Assembly: GCA_937961665.1 (NCBI GenBank)
Contig: CALGMO010000082.1
Location: forward strand, 2,122-66,121
From: an uncultured Fimbriimonadaceae bacterium
GTDB lineage: Bacteria; Armatimonadota; Fimbriimonadia; Fimbriimonadales; Fimbriimonadaceae
DNA: 64,000 bases
Reading direction: 5' to 3'
A program made the position numbers and the translations under genes. The notes under the pieces were generated by a model. The model ran no database searches, was not told where the DNA came from, and saw only the letters and a program-made list of their open reading frames with translations. Positions 18,483 to 28,561 of the stretch are shown here, one piece after another; within the stretch, counting starts at the first letter, position 1; each line of letters begins with the position of its first letter.

Positions 18483-20558
18483 ATGGAACGCATCCGCGCG
18501 GTGGGGACGTCCTGCCTTCTTCTGATCCTCGGGTCGCTCGCCGCGGCCGACACGCTCGAGCTGGCCGACGGGACCAAGGTGTACAACTGCTACGTCCGGG
18601 ACGAAGGGGTTCGCATCCAGTTCTGGCGCAGGCTCCAAGACGTCGGCAAGCCGCCCGAGACGCTGCCGCGCAGCGCCATCCGGGGCTACAAGATCGAGCG
18701 CGGTCCGGCGTGGGACGCCAAGCCGAAGCTGCCCGACCTCAGCGTGCTTTTCCTCGAGATGAACCCTAAGCTGGCGGGCCTCCATGGCCGCGTGCAGTAC
18801 GACGTGTTCGGCAGGCCGTCGATCGAGGGCGCCAAGGCCCTGACCACGCCCGAAGGCGAGCGAAGGTACACGCACCCCGAGGAGGCCGTGCGCAACCTCA
18901 AGCTGGACTACGTGCCGGGAGAGCCGATCACGCTGACCGCGAACGTCCGCAACCTCGGGTTCGCCGACGCCAAGCCGTTCGAGTACGTGTGGCGCATCGA
19001 CGGCAAGGAGGTGGCGCGAGGGAGGCACGCCCGGACCCTCGGGGAGGGGGAGTACGCCCGCTTCACCCTTCGTTGGCACTGGCAGGAGGGGATGCACACC
19101 GCCTCCTTCGAGATCGTCACCGACCAGCCCCAGATCGCCACGATCAACGACCGCATCGACGACCCGCTGTGGGGCTGGAGCCTGGAGTTCGTGGTCAACC
19201 GAGGCAGGGTCGAGGCGTGGCGCCAGGCCCGCACGGCCTACGGGACCTTCTCCTTCGAGGACTTCTACCGCTGGCACGTCGACATCATGAACCTGCTGTT
19301 CGAGGCGGCCCGGTATCCGTCGGTTCCCAACGGCTGCCGGGCGCGCGTGCGCCTCGACCGGATCGTGGTCACGCCCGACGTCGACGAGCCACAGAAGGAG
19401 GCGGAGAAGCTGTTCCGCGAGGACGGGATCCGCTACAACCAAGGGATGTGGATCTGGCAGGACGACCAGGATAGGAAGAAGGCTTGGGAGCCGGCCAGCC
19501 ACGAATGGCGCAACCAGACCGAGTGGTCCCTTCCGCACGAGCTGGGCCACCAGCTCGGCCTGATCGACTGGTACAACACCGACTACCCCGGCGACGAGCG
19601 GTTCGTGTGGTCCGACACCGGCGAGAAGGTCGGGCATTTCATGACCTTCCCCAACCAGATGATGCACTGGCACGGCCCGCACGTGTGGGGCGAGGTCGAC
19701 GCCGCGAACTTGGATCGGGCGTACCGGTCGCCCCGCGGCTTCTTCGGCGACTACGTGTTCCCGATGCCGGCCGAGTGCTTCGTGCGCTTCACCGACGTCA
19801 ACGGCCTGCCGCTCGTCGGCGCGGAGGTCGAGGTGTTCCAGCGCGGCGCGCAGGTCGACCCCAACGGCCAGCCGGGCGAGGACCGCGGCACGAAGTGGTG
19901 GCCGGTGGTCGAGGACGGGAACTTCTTCACGGGAAGGCTCTCGGAGCGGCCGGTGATGGCGGGCCGCACCGACTCGGAGGGCCGCTTCCGCCTGGCCAAC
20001 CGGCCGGCGAAGAACGTCAAGAGCCTCGCGGGCTACGAGCGCAAGGACAACCCGTTCGGCAACATGGACGTGGTCGGTCCTCGGCAGCTGATGCTGATGA
20101 AGGTGACCAAGGACGGTCGCACCGAGTGGTTCTACATCGAGGCCTACCAGTTCAACGTGCTGTGGTATCGGGGCCAGAGGGAGCGGGGCGAGGTCGCGTA
20201 CCGCACCCCGTTCGGCTCGCCGGACTCGCCGCTCCGGCCGGCTTCCGTCTCGGCGGTCCGGACGCAGAGCGGTCGGATCGAGGTCCGCTGGCAGCCGGCG
20301 CCCACGGTCCGCGAGCAGAACCCGCTCGACTGGGTGGTCGGCTACCGGGTGTACCTCCGCAGGACCAGCGACGGCTTGGACAACCGCCCCTGGATGCCTG
20401 TGGCGACGCTGGGGCCGGAGGCCCGCAGCGCGCTGATCGACCCGAAGTCCATCCCGGCCGACAACTGGTGGAACAGCGACACGCTGCGGGTGGCGGTCGC
20501 GGCCATCGGCTTCAACGGACGCGAGAGCGAGCTGGTCTCGGCGGTCGTTCCGAAGTAG
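18483..20558 (+). CDS. Secreted HExxH protein with CarboxypepD_reg-like and FN3-like C-terminal domains (family unassigned)
   Basis: The real start is the internal Met (MERIRAVGTSCLLLILGSLAAADT, a signal peptide). It carries the motif PHELGHQLGLIDWYN and a beta-sandwich segment VNGLPLVGAEVEVFQRG...GRTDSEGRFRLAN. The FN3-like tail reads PASVSAVRTQSGRIEVRWQPAP...GYRVYL. Confidence 0.65.
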   Translation: MERIRAVGTSCLLLILGSLAAADTLELADGTKVYNCYVRDEGVRIQFWRRLQDVGKPPETLPRSAIRGYKIERGPAWDAKPKLPDLSVLFLEMNPKLAGLHGRVQYDVFGRPSIEGAKALTTPEGERRYTHPEEAVRNLKLDYVPGEPITLTANVRNLGFADAKPFEYVWRIDGKEVARGRHARTLGEGEYARFTLRWHWQEGMHTASFEIVTDQPQIATINDRIDDPLWGWSLEFVVNRGRVEAWRQARTAYGTFSFEDFYRWHVDIMNLLFEAARYPSVPNGCRARVRLDRIVVTPDVDEPQKEAEKLFREDGIRYNQGMWIWQDDQDRKKAWEPASHEWRNQTEWSLPHELGHQLGLIDWYNTDYPGDERFVWSDTGEKVGHFMTFPNQMMHWHGPHVWGEVDAANLDRAYRSPRGFFGDYVFPMPAECFVRFTDVNGLPLVGAEVEVFQRGAQVDPNGQPGEDRGTKWWPVVEDGNFFTGRLSERPVMAGRTDSEGRFRLANRPAKNVKSLAGYERKDNPFGNMDVVGPRQLMLMKVTKDGRTEWFYIEAYQFNVLWYRGQRERGEVAYRTPFGSPDSPLRPASVSAVRTQSGRIEVRWQPAPTVREQNPLDWVVGYRVYLRRTSDGLDNRPWMPVATLGPEARSALIDPKSIPADNWWNSDTLRVAVAAIGFNGRESELVSAVVPK

Positions 20559-20577
20559 CCCCTGGGGTCCCCGGCGG

Positions 20578-22665
20578 TCACTCGCCGGGGACCCGCACCT
20601 CCGCGACCGACGCCTCCGTGGCGGAGTCCGGCCCGGCGGCCAGACGCACCGCGCCCGCCTCCACGACCCACCTCCGCTCGGCCTCGCTCCAGTACGCCAA
20701 GTCCGCCAGCGGGATGGTCAGCCGCACGGTGGCGGCCTCTCCGGCGCGGATCGCGACCCTTCGGAACCCGACCAGCTGGCGCAGGGGCCGGTCCACGCGG
20801 CTGGACGGGAACGATGCATAGAGCTGCGCCACTTCCTCGCCGTCCCGGTCCCCGACGTTTCGGACCTCCACCTCGGCCTCGATCGAACCCTCTCGGATCC
20901 GCGCACGGAGCGGGCCGTACTCGAACCGCGTGTAGCTGAGGCCGAAGCCGAACGGGTACAGCGGCTTGCCGCGGAAGTACCGATAGGTGCGGCCGTGTCG
21001 GATGTCGTAGTCCATCATCGGCGGCAGGTCGGCGTCCGACCGCACCCAGGTCTGCGTGAGTCGCCCGGCCGGGTTGTCGTCGCCGAACAGCGCGCGGGCC
21101 AAGGCCGTGCCCTCCTCCTGGCCGTTGTGAGCAAGGTGCAGAATCGCGGGGGCGTGCTCTTGGGTCCAGACGATCGCGTACGGGAAGCTGCTCCTCAGCA
21201 CCACCACCGTGCGCGGATTGGCCTCGAGGAGCCTCCGCAGAAACTCCTCTTCCTCGAGGGCCAGGGTGCGCCGGTCGATCCCCTCCTTTCCCTCGCTCGG
21301 ACGCTCCACCTTGGCCCAGCCCGCCTTGCCGACCGGATCGTTGCCGACGATGGCGACGACGACGTCCGCCTCTCGGGCCGCCCGAAGAGCGTCCTCGCCC
21401 CCCTCGGCGTGCAGCACGCGGCGGCCCTCGCCGAGCCGCTCGCGGATGCCGCGCAGGGGCGATACCCTGTAGGGCGGCAGCCCGCTGTACCAATCCAGCA
21501 GAACCTCGTCCGAGTGCCGACCGACCACCGCCACCGTCCGAAGGCCCTTCGGATCCAGCGGCAGGAGGCCGTCGTTCTTGAGCAGGACGATCGACTTGCG
21601 GCTGGCCTCCAGCGCCAGGGATCGGTGCTCCGCCGTGGTCCAAGGCTCCGGCCCCCGACCGATCTCCTCGTAGGGCCCGCTGCCCGGCGGATCGAGCAGC
21701 CCGAGCCGGCACTGGACCCGCAGGAACGGCCGGAGCCCCTCGTCCAGGTCCGCCTCGGTCAGCAGCCCCTTCGCGAGCGCTCCGCGCAGAGGAGCCTCGA
21801 AGTTGTCCAGGAAGCGGCTGATGCCCGCTTTCACGATCGCGGCGGCGGCCTCCTCTAGGGACCCCACGGCCTTGTGGGCCTCGAGGAGCAGCCGCATCCC
21901 GCCGCCGTCCGTGCACACGAACCCGTCGAACGCCCAGTCCGTGCGGACCGTCTCGCGGTGCATCGGGTGGATGTGGCAGGGCACGCCGTTCCACGCGTTG
22001 TAGGCGGCCATGTAGGCCTGCGCGCCCCCCTCGGTGGCGCCCTTCCAGAAGGCGTAGGCGTAGTACTCGCGCCAGAGACGCTCGTCGAAATCGGAGGACG
22101 AGCTCTCCCGCCCGTCCTCGTTGCTGTTTGCCAGGAAGTGTTTCATCAGTGAGGCGGCCAAGAGCCTTTTCGGGTCGTCGCCCTGCAGGCCCCTCACCAT
22201 CGCCACCGTGAGCCGCGCGGCCAGGAAGGGGTCTTCGCCGTAGCACTCCTCGGTGCGGCCCCAGCGGGGATCCCGGCCGAGGTCGGCGTTCGGGGTCAGG
22301 AGGATGAGCGCGCCCTGGCGGTACTCGGGACTCTGGAAGATGTACCTCGCCTCGGTTCCCTCGGCCCTACCTACCCTGCGCAGCAGGTCCTCGTCCCACG
22401 TTTCGCCCAGGCCGTAGCCCTGGGGGAAGATCGTCGTCGGCACCTGTCTCTTCGGCACCCAGTTCGCCGGGCCGCCCTGGCTGAGGCCGTGGATGCCCTC
22501 GCAGTGGCCGGTCAGGCGCAGGCCAAGTCGGGACAGGTCCGGCTGGCGGCCGAACAGCCGGATCTTCTCGTCGAGCGTCAGCCGATCGAGGAGGTCGTCC
22601 ACCCTCCTCTCGACGGGCAGCTCAGGGTTTCGGAACGGATCGGAGGGCGGCGCGATGGGGTTCAT
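20578..22665 (-). CDS. Glycoside hydrolase family 3 (beta-glucosidase/beta-xylosidase-like)
   Basis: GH3 N-terminal pattern RRVDDLLDRLTLDEKI...NADLGRDPRWGRTEECYGEDP.... Nucleophile region GFVCTDGGG. C-terminal FN3-like domain. Length 695 aa. Confidence 0.88.
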   Translation of the reverse strand: MNPIAPPSDPFRNPELPVERRVDDLLDRLTLDEKIRLFGRQPDLSRLGLRLTGHCEGIHGLSQGGPANWVPKRQVPTTIFPQGYGLGETWDEDLLRRVGRAEGTEARYIFQSPEYRQGALILLTPNADLGRDPRWGRTEECYGEDPFLAARLTVAMVRGLQGDDPKRLLAASLMKHFLANSNEDGRESSSSDFDERLWREYYAYAFWKGATEGGAQAYMAAYNAWNGVPCHIHPMHRETVRTDWAFDGFVCTDGGGMRLLLEAHKAVGSLEEAAAAIVKAGISRFLDNFEAPLRGALAKGLLTEADLDEGLRPFLRVQCRLGLLDPPGSGPYEEIGRGPEPWTTAEHRSLALEASRKSIVLLKNDGLLPLDPKGLRTVAVVGRHSDEVLLDWYSGLPPYRVSPLRGIRERLGEGRRVLHAEGGEDALRAAREADVVVAIVGNDPVGKAGWAKVERPSEGKEGIDRRTLALEEEEFLRRLLEANPRTVVVLRSSFPYAIVWTQEHAPAILHLAHNGQEEGTALARALFGDDNPAGRLTQTWVRSDADLPPMMDYDIRHGRTYRYFRGKPLYPFGFGLSYTRFEYGPLRARIREGSIEAEVEVRNVGDRDGEEVAQLYASFPSSRVDRPLRQLVGFRRVAIRAGEAATVRLTIPLADLAYWSEAERRWVVEAGAVRLAAGPDSATEASVAEVRVPGE

Positions 22666-22746
22666 GTCTCATCCTCGAGGGCCTCGGCAGGCCGACGATG
22701 CGAAGGATACATCGTTGAATCACCGATCCGCCACGAGAGCCGCCGC

Positions 22747-23748
22747 TCAGACGCCGGCGTCCTGCCAGCACTCGTCCGGAACGGTGAGCAGGGTGGGGGT
22801 GCCGCCGGTGTGCCAGAACAGAACCCTCTGGGGCAGCTCGCGGGCCTCGGCCAGCGCAAGCAGGCCGGCGAAAGCCTTGCCGCTGTACACCGGATCCAGG
22901 AAGATCCCCTCGTGGCGGGCCATCAGCAGGATCGCCTCGAGCGCGGGCCGCTCGGCGACCCCGTACCCCGAACCGACCGCCTCGAACCGCAGCTCGAAGT
23001 CCGACCGGCGCAGCCCGACCGAGGCGCCCAGCAGGGCGTCCTGCCCGCCGCACAGCTCCTCGAGGGTGTCGTACAGGTCCGGCTCGGGGTCGCAGGAGAT
23101 GCCGATCACCCGGGTCGGGCTGCCGGCATACGCGTGCGCCAAGCCCGCGTGCGTGCTTCCGCTGCTGCTGGCGAACACCACCGCCTGGAACCCATCGTCC
23201 TGCCGGCGCGCCTCCAAGCCCGCCTCGCGGAAGGCCAGCGCGCCCAACGGGCTGGAGCCGCCGACGGGAATCCGGTACACGCGCCTTCCCTCGGCCTCCA
23301 GCTCGCCCGCCACCCGCTGGGCGGCGGCGAACAGCTCCTCCCACGGCCCGTCCGGAAGGATCCTCAGGTCCACGCCGAGCAGGCGATCGAGCAGAACGTT
23401 TCCGCCGGCCTCCGACAGCCTGCCCGCCTGCGGCTGTCCGTAGTCGGGCTCGAAGGGGAGGTGCATCGCGACGGCCACGCACCGCAGCCCGTGGATCGAG
23501 CACGCGGCCCCGAGCTGCCGCAGGAAGTTCGACTGCGCCGCGCCGCAGCTCACCACCGTGTCGGCGCCCTGCGCCAAAGCCTCGGCGATCAGGTACTCCA
23601 GCTTGCGCCCCTTGTTGCCTCCGAACGCGAACCCCGTCAGGTCGTCGCGCTTGATCCACAGGTCCAGCCCCAGCATCCGCGACAGGCGCGGCAGAGGGTG
23701 CAGGGGCGTCGGCTTGCAGACCAGCGGCACGGGTTCCGGAATCGGCAT
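22747..23748 (-). CDS. PLP-dependent ACC deaminase / D-cysteine desulfhydrase family protein
   Basis: LWIKRDDLTGFAFGGNKGRKLEYL (PLP lysine context) and the C-terminal LDPVYSGKAF...FWHTGG are typical of this family. Confidence 0.82.
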   Translation of the reverse strand: MPIPEPVPLVCKPTPLHPLPRLSRMLGLDLWIKRDDLTGFAFGGNKGRKLEYLIAEALAQGADTVVSCGAAQSNFLRQLGAACSIHGLRCVAVAMHLPFEPDYGQPQAGRLSEAGGNVLLDRLLGVDLRILPDGPWEELFAAAQRVAGELEAEGRRVYRIPVGGSSPLGALAFREAGLEARRQDDGFQAVVFASSSGSTHAGLAHAYAGSPTRVIGISCDPEPDLYDTLEELCGGQDALLGASVGLRRSDFELRFEAVGSGYGVAERPALEAILLMARHEGIFLDPVYSGKAFAGLLALAEARELPQRVLFWHTGGTPTLLTVPDECWQDAGV

Positions 23749-23789
23749 GGAGGGAGTGTACTGGATGGCTCGCGGTCCATAATTCGGCC

Positions 23790-24320
23790 ATGGGTGAGCG
23801 TCCGAAGCGCAGGGGCTGCCGGGGTTGTCTGCTGCTCGGCCTGCTCGCGGCCGTGGCCGTCGTGGCGTTCTACGGACCCGTCGTCAAGGACTTCTGGGAT
23901 CGCGGCATCCTGCAGACCTACCTGTTCCCCCAGCGGAAGCGCGAGTACTCCGGCGACAGCATCGCCAACCTGAAGGCCCAGCACACGGCCATGATGCTGT
24001 ACCACGAGTCCGAGGGCCAGTTCCCCGAGGCCTCCGGCTGGATGGACGCGATCTCGAACTACCTTCGCACCGCGGACATGGACAAGGAGCAGTCTCTGAA
24101 GAAGCTCCGCAGACCGGACCTGGCGGGCCGGCAGGACGCCTACGGATACGCCATGAACGACGCGGCCGGCGCGCAGTACAAGGACGACATCCCGGATCCG
24201 GCCAAGACGCCCCTCACCTTCGAGAGCGCCGACACGGCATGGAACGCGCACGGCGACCCGGAGGCCGCGCCCAAGGGCAGTCAGGCGATCTCGGTCGAGG
24301 GCGGCATCCTTCGGCTCTGA
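23790..24320 (+). CDS. Membrane-anchored hypothetical protein with a pseudopilin-like core motif but no class-III signal
   Basis: N-terminal TM anchor CLLLGLLAAVAVVAFY. The motif ANLKAQHTAMMLYHESEGQFPE resembles the xLKQxGxAxxxYxxDxxGxFP motif of the two prepilin-type proteins in this window. Composition is balanced. Confidence 0.55.
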   Translation: MGERPKRRGCRGCLLLGLLAAVAVVAFYGPVVKDFWDRGILQTYLFPQRKREYSGDSIANLKAQHTAMMLYHESEGQFPEASGWMDAISNYLRTADMDKEQSLKKLRRPDLAGRQDAYGYAMNDAAGAQYKDDIPDPAKTPLTFESADTAWNAHGDPEAAPKGSQAISVEGGILRL

Positions 24321-24338
24321 CGCCGCCCCCGAACGGCC

Positions 24339-25082
24339 TCAGAGGCCCATCCGCTTGAGGTTCTGGAAGCTCTCCCGCACGGAGTCGATCGGATCCTGCG
24401 GGCAGACGTCCAGCTCGATCGTGCCGTACTCGGCGCCGACCTCCGCGCAGGCCTGCAGCACGGCGGGCAGGTTCACGTCGCCCTTTCCGGCCTCCAGGAA
24501 CTCCGGCTTGCCGGTGCCCAAGCGGCCGTCCTTGAGATGGACCAGCGGCACCCGCCCCTTCAGCCGGCGGATGAGGTCCGCGGGATCGTATCCCGCATAG
24601 GCCACCCAGTACACGTCGATCTGCGCGAGCACGAGTCCGGGGTCGGCCGTCTCGTAGAACACCTCGAGGCCGGGCTTGCCGTTCTGCGGCTCGAACTCGA
24701 AGTTGTGGTTGTGGTAGGCGAAGCGGATTCCGCGCTCCTGCAGCGCCTGGGCGATGGGCTCCAGCTCCTTGGCGAAGCGGTCCCACCCCTGCTCGTAGCT
24801 GTCCTTGCCCACCCAGGGCAGGATCACGTAGGGGAAGCCGATCGTCTGCTGATCGCGGACCACCCCGTCGAAGTCGTCGCGCAGCTGTCCGAGGCCGATG
24901 TGCGCTCCGATCGCCTTCAGGCCGAGCTGGTCGAGCTTCTCGCGCCACTCCTCGGCGGAGCGGCCGTACAGCCCGGCGATCTCCACGTTGGTCAGGCCGA
25001 TGTCGCGGATCTTTTCGAGCGTGCCCCACGGATCCTTCTCCATGGGCTCGCGGACGGTGTAGAGCTGGAGGGCGATTTCCAT
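24339..25082 (-). CDS. Sugar phosphate isomerase/epimerase (xylose-isomerase-like TIM barrel)
   Basis: MEIALQLYTVRE... start, YHNHNFEF and VHLKD motifs characteristic of the AP-endonuclease-2/xylose-isomerase-like TIM family. Confidence 0.8.
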   Translation of the reverse strand: MEIALQLYTVREPMEKDPWGTLEKIRDIGLTNVEIAGLYGRSAEEWREKLDQLGLKAIGAHIGLGQLRDDFDGVVRDQQTIGFPYVILPWVGKDSYEQGWDRFAKELEPIAQALQERGIRFAYHNHNFEFEPQNGKPGLEVFYETADPGLVLAQIDVYWVAYAGYDPADLIRRLKGRVPLVHLKDGRLGTGKPEFLEAGKGDVNLPAVLQACAEVGAEYGTIELDVCPQDPIDSVRESFQNLKRMGL

Positions 25083-25089
25083 GCCCGCA

Positions 25090-26190
25090 TTATGCCCCGT
25101 CGCCGGTTGGCGCCGGCTGTTGCTCGCCCGAGGCCGGAGCGTTCTCGCGGTCGGCGGGCCACACGTTGGCGAGCACCTGCTCGGGCCACCCGTGGGGCAG
25201 CTCGCCGACGTCGTGGAAGCGCTCGGCCACGTCTCGGTCGACGTCCGCCACCAGCGCCAGCCGTTCGCCCTGCCGAACTCGAACGGTGAGGGGCGCGCCG
25301 GGACTCAGCAGCGACACGGCCTCCACCGCCGCCTGGGCGGCCACGGTGCGGGCGTCCTCTCCGGGAGACGCCTCCAGCGTGAGCAGAACGCGCCCGTCGC
25401 GCGGGTCGATCGCGGCCCCGACCAGACGCCTCGCCAGCTCCGGGGACTTCGCCAGCCGATCCATGGCCTGCTGGTCCTCCGCCAGCGGGGGGCGAGGCGC
25501 GGGCACCGCGGGCTGCGCGCTCGGCTCGGGCGCGGGCGGCAGGGAGCCGCTCTCCGGGTTCTCGATCACGATCGGCTTCTCAACGATCCCGGTGGCCGGC
25601 CCCTGGAGCGTGCGCCGGGAACCGAGCAGGTAGCTGACCGAGCCGACGACGAGCACCAGCGCCAGCAGCCCCAGGCCGACCAGCGTCATGTTGCCTTTTC
25701 GCCCCACGCCCAGCAGCTGGGCGCTCGCCGCCGCCTCTCGGTCCGCGATCCTCTGTCGGATCGTCTCCAGCTTCTGCCGCACGGGCTGGGCGTCCGGCGA
25801 GATGTCCAGCGCCAGCTCGTACCACTGGATGGCCTGCTCCTCCTCGCCCATTTCGGCGGAGATGTCTCCCAGGAGCGCGTTGGCCGTCGCGTTGTTGGGG
25901 AAGCGGCGCAACAGCGCGAGGCACACGTCCTTGGCTTGGTCGTACTGGCCCCGCATCCGCAGGAGGTTGGCCCGTGCGAGCTCCGGGTAGATCTCGGCGT
26001 CGCTCCCCTCGGTGTAGCCGCCCGTGGGCATGGGGGCGCCGCACTCCGGGCAGTACTCCTTGCCGCGGGGGACGATCGAGAAGCACCTCTCGCAGTATCG
26101 GGGCTTTTCAGATTCCTGTGCTGCCAAAACCGCCTCCTCCTCGGGCCGTGGGCTCCAGCGACTCGACGGGCGTGAACACCGCTCGGGCAA
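25090..26190 (-). CDS. Zinc-ribbon / TPR / single-TM protein with Pro-rich linker and uncharacterised extracytoplasmic domain
   Basis: Zinc ribbon CERC...CPEC, TPR-like helices ([34 protein letters not shown]) and [22 protein letters not shown]. The start is uncertain: ATG 26190 overlaps dut by 83 nt, and TTG 26127 would overlap by 20 nt. Confidence 0.6.
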   Translation of the reverse strand: MPERCSRPSSRWSPRPEEEAVLAAQESEKPRYCERCFSIVPRGKEYCPECGAPMPTGGYTEGSDAEIYPELARANLLRMRGQYDQAKDVCLALLRRFPNNATANALLGDISAEMGEEEQAIQWYELALDISPDAQPVRQKLETIRQRIADREAAASAQLLGVGRKGNMTLVGLGLLALVLVVGSVSYLLGSRRTLQGPATGIVEKPIVIENPESGSLPPAPEPSAQPAVPAPRPPLAEDQQAMDRLAKSPELARRLVGAAIDPRDGRVLLTLEASPGEDARTVAAQAAVEAVSLLSPGAPLTVRVRQGERLALVADVDRDVAERFHDVGELPHGWPEQVLANVWPADRENAPASGEQQPAPTGDGA

Positions 26191-26542
26191 CCGGCGCGAA
26201 GACCATCTGGGCGATCCGCTCGCCCGCGCTCAGCCGGATCTCGTCGCTTCCCAGGTTCACCAGGATCACGCCGATCTCGCCGCGGTAGTCGCTGTCGATC
26301 GTCCCGGGGGAGTTCACCATGCTCAGGCCGAGCCGCAGCGCCAGTCCCGACCGGGGGCGGATCTGTCCCTCGTAGCCGGGCGGGATCTCGACGCGCAGGC
26401 CGGTCCGGACCAGCTTCCGCTCGAGCGGTCGGAGAGTCACGTCCTCGGCGGCCCTCAGGTCCACGCCGGACGAGCCCTCGGTTGCGTAGGTCGGGATTCC
26501 GACCCCGCTCTCCGCCACGATCCTCACCGGGATGCGCTCCAT
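26108..26542 (-). CDS. dut: dUTP diphosphatase
   Basis: The last 144 aa of the 310-aa track ORF carry the motifs [25 protein letters not shown] and the C-terminal GGFGSTG. Confidence 0.92.
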   Translation of the reverse strand: MERIPVRIVAESGVGIPTYATEGSSGVDLRAAEDVTLRPLERKLVRTGLRVEIPPGYEGQIRPRSGLALRLGLSMVNSPGTIDSDYRGEIGVILVNLGSDEIRLSAGERIAQMVFAPVARAVFTPVESLEPTARGGGGFGSTGI

Positions 26543-26615
26543 TCGACGAACACCATTATGCGACAGCCGAGCGCGATCTCCGGGATGGTAAAACGCCCGC
26601 GGAGGCGACGCCGCC

Positions 26616-28433
26616 ATGATTCTGCCGATCGTTCTCTCGACCCTCGCGACGGTCTTCGCCGGCCAAGACGGCCTGCCGGAGGGCAGGCCTGTTCTGCCGC
26701 CGGAGGCGCACCTGACCACGCCCGTCGGGGGCCTGGAGCGAACACGGTCGCAGGCCTCGGTGGTTCCGGTTACCGGCCAGCCGTTTTTCAGGGCCCTGAG
26801 GGTCGTCGTGGGAGCCGCGGCCGAGGAGACCAACGCCACCCAGCTCACGATCCCCAACTCGGCGCCCGTGGCCAGGGGCGACGTGCTGATGGCAGAGCTG
26901 TGGATCCGCGGAACGCGTCCCGACGGCAAGCCGGCCCGTGCGGAGTTCCTGTTCGAACGCAGCCAGAGCCCGTGGACCAAGTCCGTGGTCTTTCCGGTGT
27001 CCGCGCCGGCCGCGGCGGGCAAATGGCGCCTGTGGCGCATCCCCTTCGAGGCCGCCGAGGACTACGCGTCCGGAGAGGCGATGGCCTCGGTGCGCCTGGC
27101 CTTCGGGCCGCAGACGGTGTTCCTAGCCGGCCTCCGGGTCCTGAGCTACGGCAGGTCCGTCCGCCTCGACAGACTGATGGACGAGGCGGCCGCCGCCCAG
27201 CCTCTGGGCACCGTGGAGGCGTCCTTCGACCTGCGCTCCACGCGGCAGACGATGCTGGGCCTCGGCGGCAACTTCTGCCAGCCGCGCTATGGCTCGTCCG
27301 AGCCGATGGACGCCGTGGGGAGGTACTGCCTCGAGAACCTGAACGTGGCGCACGCGCGCATCGGCCTGCCGCTCGACCACTGGGCGCCGGAGAGGGGCCG
27401 CTACGCGACCGACGGACCGGCCCTGGCGGCCATGGCGGCCATGGGCGAGATGGCCCGGCGGAAGATCCCGATGGTCGTCTCGGTCTGGGAAGGCCCGCAG
27501 TGGATGCTGCCCGGCCGGCGCGAGAGCGGGCGGGTGCTCCCGCGCGAGAACTACGACGAGTGCATCGAGGCGATCGTCCGGTTCCTCACCGAGGCCAAGC
27601 GCCGGCACGGAGCCGAGGCGGATTACTTCTCGTTCAACGAGCCGGACTACGGCGTGAACTTCCGCTTCAGCCCGCGGGAGATGGCCGACTTCATCCGGAT
27701 CGCGGGCCCGAAGTTCCGCGCCGCGGGCCTCAAGACGCGCTTCGTGGTGGCGGACACCGCCAACGGAACGAATCTGTACAACTATGCCCGCTCTTTGCTG
27801 CAGGATGCGTCGATCGCGGCGTACCTCGGGCCGATCGCGTTCCACAGCTGGGACGCCCTGGGTGCGACGGACGAGGCCTACGCCCGCATCGCCGAGCTCG
27901 GCCGGCAGTACCGGAAGCCGGTCTGGTGCCTCGAGGCCGGGCACGACGCCCAGCTGTGGCAGGCCCGCGACCCTTGGGGAACCTGGGAGAACGCCCTGCG
28001 CACCGCTCTGGCCTACGAGCGGACGCTCCGGCTCACCGGGGCGGAGCTGATGGACTACTGGACCTACCAGGACAACTACCCCCTGGTGGACGGCAAGACC
28101 TCGAGGCCGTACCCGGTGTTCCACGTGATGCGCTCGATGGAGCGGGTGTTCGCGAGGGGCTCCAAAGTGGTCGTTCCGCGCCTAACCTCCGAGGAGCTGC
28201 GGGCGATCGGCACGGTCGGGCCGGGCGCGGGGAGGTTCGCCGCGCTGTTGGTGAACCCGATCGGGCCGGGCCGGGCGGTGCTGAAGGGCCTTCCCCCCGG
28301 GGCCCGCGTGACGATCGAGACGCACGCCGCCCGCGAGCAGAACAGCCGGAGAGAGGCCGCGGTGGGACGGGACGGGACGCTCGAGGTCCCGCTGGGGTCC
28401 CGGTCCGTGGCCTGCGTGCTCCCAGCCCGCTGA
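26616..28433 (+). CDS. CBM-like N-terminal domain plus clan GH-A glycoside hydrolase (GH30/GH5-like)
   Basis: Signal-like N-terminus. FSFNEPDYG is a candidate NEP acid/base motif, and WCLEAGHD is a candidate nucleophile Glu. C-terminal beta-sandwich. Family assignment is tentative. Confidence 0.65.
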   Translation: MILPIVLSTLATVFAGQDGLPEGRPVLPPEAHLTTPVGGLERTRSQASVVPVTGQPFFRALRVVVGAAAEETNATQLTIPNSAPVARGDVLMAELWIRGTRPDGKPARAEFLFERSQSPWTKSVVFPVSAPAAAGKWRLWRIPFEAAEDYASGEAMASVRLAFGPQTVFLAGLRVLSYGRSVRLDRLMDEAAAAQPLGTVEASFDLRSTRQTMLGLGGNFCQPRYGSSEPMDAVGRYCLENLNVAHARIGLPLDHWAPERGRYATDGPALAAMAAMGEMARRKIPMVVSVWEGPQWMLPGRRESGRVLPRENYDECIEAIVRFLTEAKRRHGAEADYFSFNEPDYGVNFRFSPREMADFIRIAGPKFRAAGLKTRFVVADTANGTNLYNYARSLLQDASIAAYLGPIAFHSWDALGATDEAYARIAELGRQYRKPVWCLEAGHDAQLWQARDPWGTWENALRTALAYERTLRLTGAELMDYWTYQDNYPLVDGKTSRPYPVFHVMRSMERVFARGSKVVVPRLTSEELRAIGTVGPGAGRFAALLVNPIGPGRAVLKGLPPGARVTIETHAAREQNSRREAAVGRDGTLEVPLGSRSVACVLPAR

Positions 28434-28561
28434 AGCCGTTCCGTCGCCGCTCAGCCGCCCGATGTTAACGGGACGTTTGCGAATCGTTAAGCGTTGGTTG
28501 CGTCGCCGGCGGGCGGTGGGGCGGACCTTGGAGACTATCGGCTGGAGGGACTCCTTCAGCC

